Source: Vitrella brassicaformis CCMP3155
Lineage: Eukaryota; Protista; Chromerida
Assembly (NCBI GenBank): GCA_001179505.1
Contig: CDMY01000365.1
Coordinates: 35,803 to 99,802, forward strand
Direction of reading: 5' to 3'
Length of the DNA: 64,000 nucleotides
The notes under the pieces were generated by a model. That model was given only the letters and a program-made list of their open reading frames with translations. It was not told the origin of the DNA and ran no database searches. Below, in pieces: positions 50,426 to 62,052 of the stretch; the stretch's first letter is position 1, and each line of letters begins with the position of its first letter. Position numbers and translations under genes: made by a program.

Positions 50426-53400
50426 NNNNNNNNNNNNNNNNNNNNNNNNNNNNNNNNNNNNNNNNNNNNNNNNNNNNNNNNNNNNNNNNNNNNNNNNNNN
50501 NNNNNNNNNNNNNNNNNNNNNNNNNNNNNNNNNNNNNNNNNNNNNNNNNNNNNNNNNNNNNNNNNNNNNNNNNNNNNNNNNNNNNNNNNNNNNNNNNNNN
50601 NNNNNNNNNNNNNNNNNNNNNNNNNNNNNNNNNNNNNNNNNNNNNNNNNNNNNNNNNNNNNNNNNNNNNNNNNNNNNNNNNNNNNNNNNNNNNNNNNNNN
50701 NNNNNNNNNNNNNNNNNNNNNNNNNCGACTGGATGATCAACAGCGGTGGCACCTTCTTCATTCGGGCACTTCCATGGGACACCCAGGGCAAAGCCGGGCC
50801 CACGGACACCGCACAGGACATCAAAAGTAACAAAACCTGAAGCCTCCATCAATGGCCATGCATGCATGCATGCATGCATCAGAGACGCTTTGATTTGGAA
50901 ATGCATCGACGACTGCCTTTGTCTGATATGTGTATCTTTTTTAGTATACATCGTTGCGCCGGGCGCTGCTCCGCCCCCGACGGTGAAGCATCATCGACCT
51001 GAGGTGATCCACACAGCTGAAGAAGTCGGCGGTGGCAGCAATTGATTAGCACTGCATGGAAAAGACTGTGGACCAAGGAATGAATTGCGACCCGCCGGCC
51101 AGTTTCCGTGATCTCGCAGAAGTGGACGGTGTTGAGGAAACGATGTGTCGGCCCGCAGATGGATAACCTCGGCTATAGCCTAATTGGTTTCTCAACAGAC
51201 GGAAGCGCGCTGAGCGCTGTGTCTCCCTCCCTCGCTTCCTCATTCTCCTTTTTCTTTTCTCAAAAGTACCTGGGCCGCCATCCTACCCAAATTGCACTCG
51301 TCTTCCTGCTTGTCATCTTTCTGCCTCGAACACCTACACGTCTGCCATTTAACGGCCCCCTCCTATTCAAGTGGGCGGGATTTTGCATAAGGCTTCTCTC
51401 GAGGCCTTTGTATTTGTAGCCTTCACATTCCGCAACATTCGCCGCATATACTCAACAAACAAAACAATACACCGAGTTTCTGTGCCTTCCCGTGGGCTCG
51501 TGGGCCACAGGTAGCTTTCTACGCCACCCTCTGGCGCCTCTCTCTTGTCCGAACCTCCGAAATGCGAACTCAAGCTGAAGATGACAAAAATAGTGCACGT
51601 CAGTCAGTTTACACGGGCAACGCAAGATTTGAACTAAACAAAAGCAGCGAAGAACGTCTTCTGGAACGGACGGCCTCATTCCATCAGTCATGGATAAGAA
51701 GCTTGCTCTCGTCCTTGCTGCATCCCTCGTAGTTGCTGCAAGGGGTGAGCACTCCTGTTGAAGACCAAGCCAATCATCAAGAATCGCCACTCGTGCGATT
51801 CACTCCTTTCGCCTTCTTGCTGTGTGTCTGCAGCCATCGACCCCCTCTCCCTCTTCCGTGTGAATGTCGCCCCGAATGCCCATGTCTGTATGTATCTGTT
51901 CCCCCTTCTTCTTGTCTTTCCTCCTCTTCCACCCAGCCTCCTGTCGTGATGTAGTCACGTCCATTCGACAGCTATCAGCCCTTGAGGCTTGCTTGCTCGA
52001 CTATCTGCCTGGTTTCCATGCATTTGTCTTGCTCCACGCCACCGTGCTTCCTCGCCCCGTACGCCATTGACAGACTGAAGACTGCCCTCTCTCTCTCTTG
52101 CTGTCCTAGCCATCCGTCCATTTATTCATGTGTGTGTGTTGTTCTTCCGTATCGTGCTGACTCAGTTGTGCCCTGCCCTGCTTCCGTTTCCTCTGTCGAT
52201 GTCTGATTGTCGTCGTGCTGATGTTTGATGCTGACAGACAGTCATGTGTGTGTCGGCTGGACCCGACGGACGAGATCATACTGACACAACGTGCTTCATT
52301 CCACCGTCCATCCATCCGTCCCGTAGCCAATACGCAACCATCAGTAAGAACCACCGCCCGTGAGGCGATGGGCCAGTCGAATAGACATACACACACCCCC
52401 AGCAGCCGTCCATGCGTATCTCTGTCTATCACCTGTACCCGCCATCACTGCACATACGCTCCTCTCTCCCTCTCTCCTCTCCCCTGCCTCTCTTGCTTCG
52501 TTCGACACCCTTTCCCTCTCTCTCTCTCCGTATGCTCTCGAATGATCCCGCTCCATCACAGCACCATACCCATCCGTTCACGAGTAGCTCTCAGCCTGAC
52601 ACCACACGCAATAAGCACTCCTAAGTCCCCTCCATATCCACACGTCCTGGCCGCCGCCCCTCGTCCCTCCTTAGCACCGCTTAGCAACGAATGACCACAC
52701 GATAGACACCCCGCAGTACAAACATCGTCCGTCACCTGAGACACAACCAATCAACGCGCACACCCCAAATACACCATGTCTGTGCTCCACCAGGCCCAGC
52801 CGGGCAAAAGAACATCCTCTTCACATCGTCCATGGCCCGCGCCATGCGGGCAGACACTCACACATATGGTACAACAACCGGCACATCTCTGCGAGGCGGG
52901 TCACTGCCGGAGGAGGCAGACCATGCCCACCTGACGCGGAGCGACACCAAGAAGGACGGTTTCTGAGATGCTGGCGGCACGCCGGTCCTGCTGCGTGGCC
53001 GTCACATCACCCAACACACGAAGCCGAGACACGGAGTCAAGCGATACATGACGGCAAGGCTGGCGGCGGCAAAGGCGGCAGAGAACTACACAACTAGCGT
53101 GAAGGGAAGGCTGTACACGTTGCCGGGGTAGACGTGAGCTCGTAGAAGTCGACTTGTTGAAGTAGGTGGCTGACGTGTCGTAAGTGTTGCAGAGCCTTCA
53201 AGTGAAGGAGGTTGTTTCGCCTCCGCAGGGCTTCACCGGACCTTGGCGCGGAGCTATATACACTTAGGCTTCCATAATTTTAAGCGAAATCGGCTCTAAG
53301 TGCGAAAAACGCGAAGTCCATTTTTGTGTATTTTTGTGGATCGAGTCTGGGGTTTTTCGACAAAGCGAAACCTTCGACAAAACGTCTCCTTTTGTTGTCC

Positions 53401-54060
53401 AGAGGGTTCTCGTCTGACATGAATCTCCTTTTGTTGTCTTTCGTTATGTCAACCCCGCGATCGAGGAGGATGGCGGCGAGCTTTGGCGGAGCTCGCGGCG
53501 AGTGATGGAGAGGGGAATCGGCATTGTGTCTCCCCCCCCCCCCNNNNNNNNNNNNNNNNNNNNNNNNNNNNNNNNNNNNNNNNNNNNNNNNNNNNNNNNN
53601 NNNNNNNNNNNNNNNNNNNNNNNNNNNNNNNNNNNNNNNNNNNNNNNNNNNNNNNNNNNNNNNNNNNNNNNNNNNNNNNNNNNNNNNNNNNNNNNNNNNN
53701 NNNNNNNNNNNNNNNNNNNNNNNNNNNNNNNNNNNNNNNNNNNNNNNNNNNNNNNNNNNNNNNNNNNNNNNNNNNNNNNNNNNNNNNNNNNNNNNNNNNN
53801 NNNNNNNNNNNNNNNNNNNNNNNNNNNNNNNNNNNNNNNNNNNCCCCCCCCCCCTCCCTGGTTCTGACTCACACATGAGTGTTTGTCTGATGGATGCAGA
53901 CGAAAGCTTAACGTGCCTCTTTTTCACTACGTGTCTCTGTTGCCAACCAGCATATCCCTTTACGTGCACATGATGCAGGCTTGTGTCTGCAGTGACTGGC
54001 TCGAGTTGCTGTCTTGTGTGCTTGTGTTTTGTATGTTCAAGTCTGGCGGAGCCTGGCAAG

Positions 54061-54116
54061 CAGGACATTTGACATTGGTGAGCATTAGCAGGACATTTGA
54101 CATTGGTGAGCATTGC
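54061..54116. repeat. 28-nt tandem duplication
   Basis: caggacatttgacattggtgagcatt repeated with period 28. Confidence 0.9.
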
Positions 54117-54123
54117 CATATTT

Positions 54124-54555
54124 TCAAAGGCGTTCGTCAGCTCGCCGACCAGCTTGAGCACGTCCTTTTTGCCATCCCAGGCTTCGATCGACCAGCCTAA
54201 CTAAAGGACAGCGGCGACCTTTCGGGCATCTCGGGTCCTCGCACAACTGATACACCAGCGGACAAGTGCGGCAATAATGGCCAGGACGCCTACAATTCAG
54301 GCAACACCGCTGTGATCTGCCGGTGCCGGCCGCTCCTGTTGGCTCTCGAGACGGCTGCTCTTCCTCAGGCTGTTCCCGATCTTCAGGATCTTGGTCTGCC
54401 GCATCAGTCTGAAGCTCGTGAGGTTCGTTCGACGTCTCGGGCACAAGATCATCATCTGACTCGTGACGATCCGACGAGCCGTCAACGAAATCGCCACTAG
54501 ACAGTGACAGCTGATCATCCTCCATAAGGCTGAGAGACACCACACACACACGCAT
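54124..54555 (-). other. CCHC zinc-knuckle ORF with acidic N-terminus; gene fragment or gag-like relic
   Basis: CLNCRRPGHYCRTC fits Cx2Cx4Hx4C; lies between two gaps and next to a 28-nt tandem duplication. Confidence 0.4.
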
Positions 54556-56178
54556 CCAGATCTGCAGCGCACGGTTGTGTGGGCTTCATCTTCACCTTAT
54601 GAATGGCAACGAATGCCGATGAGCTCTCTAATCGATATCCTGCGAACGCAATAAGATAAATCAATCAGTGCAAAGATGACCGTACGTGATTGCTCTATAC
54701 GTCTGTGGCCTACGCAGATGCAGACGCAAGTCGAACGTGCGTTGACGATGCGAAATCAATGAGAAACTGCGTTACTCTCTGGATGTCTTCCTGCGTATTT
54801 TGACGGGCGACTGAGCATACATCCACAAGTTTCTCGAGCCACAACTCGCCGCACAAGACAACAACGGTCACTGAAACAGCCTGAACCACACAAAAAGGTC
54901 TCATTCACTTCTGAGGCAAGACGCCCCCATAACACGCCCCCGCATCATGACAGCGGCTTTAAAGCTCCACCGGTACCATGCCTGCCGTCCTACCCAAATG
55001 CGTTCATCTTCCCATGCATCATCGTCTGCCTCGAATACCCACACGACTGCCCTATCACGCCCGCCCCCCCCCCCCCCCCNNNNNNNNNNNNNNNNNNNNN
55101 NNNNNNNNNNNNNNNNNNNNNNNNNNNNNNNNNNNNNNNNNNNNNNNNNNNNNNNNNNNNNNNNNNNNNNNNNNNNNNNNNNNNNNNNNNNNNNNNNNNN
55201 NNNNNNNNNNNNNNNNNNNNNNNNNNNNNNNNNNNNNNNNNNNNNNNNNNNNNNNNNNNNNNNNNNNNNNNNNNNNNNNNNNNNNNNNNNNNNNNNNNNN
55301 NNNNNNNNNNNNNNNNNNNNNNNNNNNNNNNNNNNNNNNNNNNNNNNNNNNNNNNNNNNNNNNNNNNNNNNNNNNNNNNCCCCCCCCCCCCCCCCATTCA
55401 AAGGGGGGGGGGATTTGCATCGCTCCTCTCGTCGAAGCCTTTGTAATTGCAGCCTTCCCATTCCCCAACACTCGCCACATGCACTCAGCAAACAGAACGA
55501 TAAACTTGGAACAAAGCAGTTTCTGTGCACCACACGTGAATTCTGCCGAAATCTCTGGCGTCTCCTCTTGTTCAGCCCTTCTGAAATACGTACTCAACCT
55601 CACGCAACCTCAAGGCGACCAAAAATCACTCTCGAAAAATATGTGTATCTTTGTTGCCCGGCATTTTCCTATGCTCTCCGTCTGGCCGATCGCCTCCCAT
55701 TACTCGGGGGCCCATCCCCTCTCATAGCAGTCCGTCGACACGCATTCGCGTGGGGTCCCATCTACTCATGTCTCACCTCCCACTGCTCTGTCGGATTCTG
55801 CAGCACTCCCCATGAAACTCCCTTCCTGCATGCACACACATCCATGCATCATACAAATTGCAACGCCCTCGCTTTTGTCTTCCATGCTCCTGCGACACAC
55901 GGCTCCAGGGTAAGGGAAGAGCTTTCCGCGTATTTCTTTGATTCATGGAATTCCCCCGCGACAGAGGCACCTTCGCATTCATTCCCATTTATTCCCTCTA
56001 GAAGCCCGCATAGCTCGCCACCGGATGCATGTGAGGCCTTGATAATGGGCAGAGCAGACGAGGAAGGAAAGCTGAATCGATTTGCTTTCACTTTTGACGT
56101 GAGCACATGTCCCCTCGACCTCACAGAGGTAAGACTCTTCTCTTTCCCCGTCAACGCACGTATAAAGGACAATTCGAT

Positions 56179-57325
56179 ATGAGACGAGTGTTGGCCCTGG
56201 TCGCGTTGGGCGGTGTAGCACAGCAAAGTGCATTCGGGGATGTCCGCAGCGACGCAGGCGCACCAGCAGGTGTCGCAGCCTGTGACTTAGGAAACGGTGA
56301 TTGTGAATTTAGCAGCGCTTGGTTCGACCTTCCGACCTCTCATTACAATAGCACTGACAGTACTTGTAGCTGCCCAGGCGCTGGTGGTAAGTGGATTGCA
56401 CTGTAACTAAGCTCATAGCTGACTGTCTCTGTCCTGGCTGTAGGCTCCTGTTATGGCGAGTGCGAGCGCAAGTTCGACGCTGCGGAAGTAGCCACCGTGG
56501 GGGCTTTCAAATATGGGCGGTTCGAGACCCGTCTCTTTCCGAATATCAGAGACAATGGCGGACTTGTGACTTTTTTCCTCTACAAGAACGACAGTGACAA
56601 AGTGCCGGGCACATCGTGGACGGAGATTGACTTCGAAGTGCACGGAATGGGAAAACACTGTCAGGAGCCGATCCAGACCAACGTAATTACAGGCACTATG
56701 GAAGACCGCAGCTTCTCAGAAGTGTTCTTCCCCGCACCTGGTCGCTAAAGGAACGTGGACGCACAGTTGAAAGGAGTTAAGAGAGGGTTCCATCACTTTG
56801 CCGTGGAGTGGACGTCCAGCTACGTTTCATGGTATTTTGATGGGCAGCGCCTACGCCACGAAGTCTCCTGCGATGCTCCAGGGGTCAACCGTGGCCATTG
56901 CAGCACTCAAGTGGCGCAAAGCAATGGGATGATGAATCTTAGGCTGTCCGTGTGGCCACTCAATCCGGCGCTTCCGTGGGCCGAGCATTGGGCCGGAATC
57001 TTCGATGGGAAGCACACCAAGCTCCCGCTCACCGTGTATTACGATTACGTCAAAGTGTATGACTATGATCCACTTTCCAAAGGTATGAATAGGAAAAACA
57101 AAGAACAGGAAATGCGGTTTGTGTTGGTTGCCTCCCTCAGGTTTCACTCTCAGATGGACTGACGACTTCAGGAGCTTCAAGACGTCGCGATGGGAGAGGA
57201 GCCAACATACATTTCTTGCCAATGAGCCTCATTTCCGGGATAATGCCGTCATCGCTGCAACAAATGCCACGGATGCGCGTGCTTATCTTGCTCTTTCTAT
57301 CGCCCGCGGTCCGGGGGTGTTGTAA
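56179..57325 (+). pseudogene. Secreted GH16 beta-1,3-1,4-glucanase-like enzyme, circularly permuted, with in-frame TAA at 56746-56748
   Basis: Exons 56179-56386, 56444-57082 and 57141-57325. Motifs FKYGRFETRL, FFLY...WTEIDFEVHG (ExDxE), FHHFAVEW...WYFDG, YVKVYDYDP, then C-terminal FTLRWTDDFRSFKTSRW. The frame is the same on both sides of the stop. Confidence 0.8.
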
Positions 57326-58267
57326 TAGGGCCCTGGGGCCCCGGACCAAATGTGATGTTATTAAATGACAATGGCGCACCTGATTCAAGGCCCGTTCGCA
57401 TGACTGGTGGAGCGGAAAGGTGAATAGATGAAGGATGGTTGTCGCGTTTTGCTCTTCCCTTCGGAATCGCACTCAAATAGGTTAAAGCGACTGTCGCGAC
57501 TCTCTCAATGCGTCGAGTCCATATGTACTTATATATGCGACAGGTGAATGCATTTTCATGCAAACGACAGCCCTAAGTCGGGCAAGACATTTTTCCGTGG
57601 ATCTGATTGATTATGTGAGCGTTAGGGGACCTGGTGAGAAATCTATCAGGGCTGTTCTGGATACTCTACCGTCGTCTTGCTTGTCAAGCGACATACAGCG
57701 ATCCTTTTCAGTCGATGACAAATTAAACAGAACATCCAGAGAGGGATCCCGACGTCTCTTTCCGCTCGCTTCCTCAGCGATGAAGGTGTCGACTGAGGGA
57801 GCATGGCCGGATGTACAGCGTCTTGACCCATTGGAGATTCTGTGCCACGAGACTGCATGCATCCATGCAACTTGGCCGGCCTTTGAACGGAGCATGGATG
57901 CGTCGGTTCAGCTCCACCAAAGGATAGAATATAGGATTATACTATGAATCCACAATAGGTGGTCCTCTGCACGAATGTCCACAGGATACCCACAATTTGA
58001 GACAGTGCATGAGAGTGGTAGGAGGAATGCACTGTCTGGATGACGCGGAGGAATTTTGTTTGTCATGATCTCCAAGAGGCCTCCAAGGAGTTCGAATCAA
58101 GACAACGGTGACTAGGGCTAGAAAACTCTCAAGACATGTTCAAATCACCAACACATTCTCCAGCACCGGCGGTGTGCCCACAGGAACCACAACACCACAT
58201 CTCCGTCAGCGTCTGCCTGTCACGCTGTGCCAGACGCTGCTATGGAGAGAACACCAGACCCGAGCGC

Positions 58268-58333
58268 GGCGTCGCCATGGGCGAGGGCGTCGCCATGGGC
58301 GAGAGTGAGGGAGTCGCCATGGGCGAGAGTGAA
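58268..58333. repeat. Short tandem repeat (cgtcgccatgggcgag core x3)
   Basis: Translates as SPMAT repeats on the minus strand within a possible exon fragment. Confidence 0.8.
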
Positions 58334-59417
58334 GGAAACGCTTGGTTGGCCCTCAGACGCTTTTCCGGTCGAGCACCTCCTCCCTGCCCAGCCCCCTTCC
58401 CGCCTGTGTCCATCTCGATCGTCGATGGTGTCTTCCTCCTCTCAGCCTCCTCTGCCTTCTCCTCCTTCACTGCCTCTGCCCCGGGAAGCCGCCCCGTCCT
58501 CTTCTTGGAGCTTGTAGGAGTCTCTTGTGCTCCGAGTAGCTCCAATCTGGTGTCGACTTCCTGTACCACGAGGCGCAACTGAGACAGACACGGAGAGAAA
58601 GAGAACCCAAGAAACAGAAAATACCCTATGTGTGTCGCCACATGCCAACCTCACCCATGTTGAAGGAATGCGACGCACCGGTGTCGACAGTACAGCGTTG
58701 ACAAACTCGACCCACCCAACATATTCATCAATCGCATACAGATACACGATATCCCCCCTGACTCGAACGGGGTGAGACACGACGTGAAGGGACGCTCAGG
58801 TCCTTGAGAGGCTTCGAAACCAAGCAGATCTTGGTCGGGACGACGTTTCGCAGGACCACAGAGGCGTGCGGATGACGACAGCACCGCAGACACTCAACTT
58901 GTCAAGAGATCTAATGGAACACAGCGATAAGAGGCCTTCCTTCCTTCCTCGGGGTACCTCACGGCAGGCAACCAGCAGCTACCGCGTCTTACCTCCTGCC
59001 GCAGCGCCAAACCGGACAGGAGAGGAAGGGGGGACCAGCCTGCTGCCTCGGCGCCCGGGATTCCATCTGATCGTTTGGGCTTGTCTTCTTCGATGTGTCT
59101 GCGGGAGGAGTGGCTGTGAAGGGTTCCTGAATCACATACGAGACACGCATATCATATCAAAGAACACACACATGCATACACAGACATACAAAACGTCTAC
59201 AGATTTCTCATTCTATTCGAATTGACAAGTCCTCTATGGGCAACAACCTCTTTGGCTCAATTCTCCAAGTCCCTTTCCTGGTCCATCGTTCGAGGGACCG
59301 CGCCGTCCTGGAATCTTGCTTGTTGCCCACTGTGACAAGGGCATGGATTCCCTAAAACCGTGTGTGTTGTTCGCGCAAATAGAAACACAGTCGTTGTACG
59401 GCTGAGATACATTCCGT

Positions 59418-61870
59418 ATGTGTATTGACAGGACCAACGGCGAAGGATGCTACAGCCTCCTATCGCTTTTCCTGTGCCTCTTGCCCTTTCTGGTCAAGTC
59501 CCAGATGCTCACTTCCACCACCACTCTCAACGTCACTGGCGAAATGGTCAGGTTCAGTCAACCAACAGCGCAGCTTATTGCCTGTTTCGTTACATGCTGC
59601 AGAAGCCATGGCACAAGCTGACGTTCACCTTCTCGGGCCCAGCGACAGACGAGGCAGCTACGCCCAGCCCCTTTTCATACTACCGCCTCACTATCAACCT
59701 CACCCACATTGGGGCAAGCGGCGATCGGACTTACACAGTACCTGGATATTTTGCCGCAGACGGTAATGCAGCCAACACCAGGGCCACAGGAGGCAACAAA
59801 TGGCGCTGCCATTTCACGCCTCCCCACGTCGGGCGGTGGCGCTATAGTGTGTCATTTCGCCGAGGAAAGAACATCATATTGGACCCGACGTTGCCGGGGA
59901 AATCTGCAGGCTACATGGACGGCTATGAGGGCGAATTTGCGGTGAAGCCGTCTGACAAGACGGGCAAGGATGGACGGGCCAAGGGATTGCTCCAATACGT
60001 GGGCAAGAGGTATCTCTGGTTGGCGGTAAGTGTGAACCTTAGTGGAAAGAGAGGAAGGGAGGAAGGGAGAAGACGCAATCACGTAAACAACCACGTGTAA
60101 CGTGTGCCTTGTCTACTTGTGCTGCTTTCAGGGAAGTGAGGAGTATTTTTTGAAGATAGGCACTGACTCGCCGGAGAACCTGCTTGCCTACGAGGATTTT
60201 GATAACACTCCAAACCATCTTGGTCTGGCTGTTTCAAGGGCACATCGGCTCGAGACAGTACAGGTAGACGTGATGTTGCATTTGTAGACTTGAGGAAGCA
60301 ATATAAAAGCCACACGAAAGATTGGAGAAAGGTAAGACAAGTCCACGTTGGTGCCAAGGCGGCTTGTCCAGTTGGGTTCTGGATGTGGTGGTTTCTTGTC
60401 CAGGGTGATCCCACATGGAACGGTGCGAAGGGAAAAGCTCTGATTGGCGCCATAAACTATTTAGCTTCCAAAGGTCTCAACATGATGTCTTTCCTCACAT
60501 TCAACGTGCAAGGTCAGTCTTCGCACACAAGTGCACACAGTGTCATTGTTGGCTCTCGAGTGATGGAGAAAAATGCAGGTGACGACGGCAATGTCTTCCC
60601 ATACACTAGCGAGTACTCCTTTCGCATCGACGTGAGCAAGACCGACCAGTGGGAGATCGCACTCGAGCACGCGGCGCAGAAGGGTATTGGATTGCACGTA
60701 AAGACGCAAGAGACAGAGAACGAATTCATCCACGGCAACAAGCACTTCATTGTGCGGAGGGCGATCTATTACCGGGAGTTAGTTGCTCGCTTCGGCCACC
60801 ATCCCCAACTCGTGTGGAATTTAGGTGAAGAGACGAAGATGCCGACGTCGCTACTGCTCGCAGCGGCTGACTATATCAGAAGTGTTGACCCGTACGACCA
60901 CCCGATAGATGTACACACGTACCCTAACGCAAAGGCAAAGGTCTACCCCGGGCTGATTCGGAGCGATACCAGTAAAGTGTAAGAAGGACGGAGCTGTGTG
61001 AGTGGTGCCGTCTGGATTTCCCCATCGGCTGCTCTGTGGCGCATTTCAGGACTGGGGCGTCCCTTCAGTGCGAGTTCCCCGAGCGAATCAACGCCGAGGT
61101 AGCAAAGTGGATTGCCAAATCAGCCAGAAGCCCAAACCCCCTTGTCGTGTCGAATGACGAGCAAGGGCCAAATTGGCTTGGTACTACAATTCGTTTCTTC
61201 CTCCCCGAATCCATCATGTTTTCTCTTTTCAGGCGTGGGAATCGATTCCCTCGACCCTGCTCATGACTCCTTCCGGCGCAATGCACTCTGGGGGACGTTG
61301 ATGGCTGGCGGGGCCGGCGTGGAGTTTTACTTTGGTTGGGGTTTTCGCCGGCACCAAACTGGCAACAAGGACCCGATAATAGGCAATGATGACACAGACA
61401 CCAGCCACCCGTACTCGACGTGCTCCGACCTCACATGCGAGGACTTTCGAAGCCGTGACAAACTGTTCACGCAGGCGTTTGTTGCCTGGCGCTTCATGAA
61501 GGACAACCACATTCCCTTCTGGGAGATGACCAGCAGTAATCACCTGACGGAGCAAAAAGACGACTTCGTATTCGCCAAAGAGGGCGACATCTACCTCGTC
61601 TACACGTTTGTAAACACAACAGAAGTAGAACTCAGTGTCCCCAGAGGGAACAACTATACGGTCCAGTATACGGTCCAGTTCTGGGACCCCAAGACAGGCG
61701 GCGACATGATTGACGGGCCGCTGGTCACAGCCGACTGCGGTGAGAGAGAAAAAAACTGCAAGGCGACGTTTTCACTCCAAGAGGCGCGGCGGCATATCGG
61801 ATCGTCTGATGTGCTAGTGGTGATCAGGAAAAAAAAGGCCGCCCTCATGTCTAAGATGCCCTTTACGTGA
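59418..61870 (+). CDS. DUF5060-type / apiosidase-like glycoside-hydrolase-fold protein of bacterial type, secreted, multi-exon; start approximate
   Basis: Spliced VTGEM|[25 protein letters not shown]...[62 protein letters not shown]...VWNLGEE, DPYDHP and [11 protein letters not shown]-like segments recalled from Bacteroidetes/Planctomycetes DUF5060 proteins. Confidence 0.75.
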
Positions 61871-61958
61871 ACCAAAGCCTGTTTGCTTTTAAGTAGATAC
61901 GTGAACGGGCGACGAACCAAAGCCTGTTTTCTTTTAAGTAGATACGTGAACGGGCGAC
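61869..61958. repeat. 45-nt tandem duplication, 2 copies, one mismatch
   Basis: gaaccaaagcctgttt(g/t)cttttaagtagatacgtgaacgggcgac occurs twice, starting at the stop codon of the DUF5060 gene. Confidence 0.9.
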
Positions 61959-62052
61959 GAACTTCGTCTAAGCCTTTTTTGTTGACTTCTTTTTGTTTGA
62001 CTGTCAGTACGTGAAGTCTGGACCTTGACGATCCAAAATGCTTCTATCAGTT

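Noticed and set aside
50726-53540. Exon-like fragments (e.g. DWMINSGGTFFIRALPW; ORF 51452-51790)
   Set aside because: Cannot be assembled into a gene or assigned; the context is broken by gaps.
53280-56182. Long ORFs crossing N-runs
   Set aside because: Their length is an artefact of X translation through placeholder gaps.
57558-59230. ORFs 57558-57947 and 58240-58641
   Set aside because: Low-complexity or featureless; possibly remnants of a gene, but unsupported.
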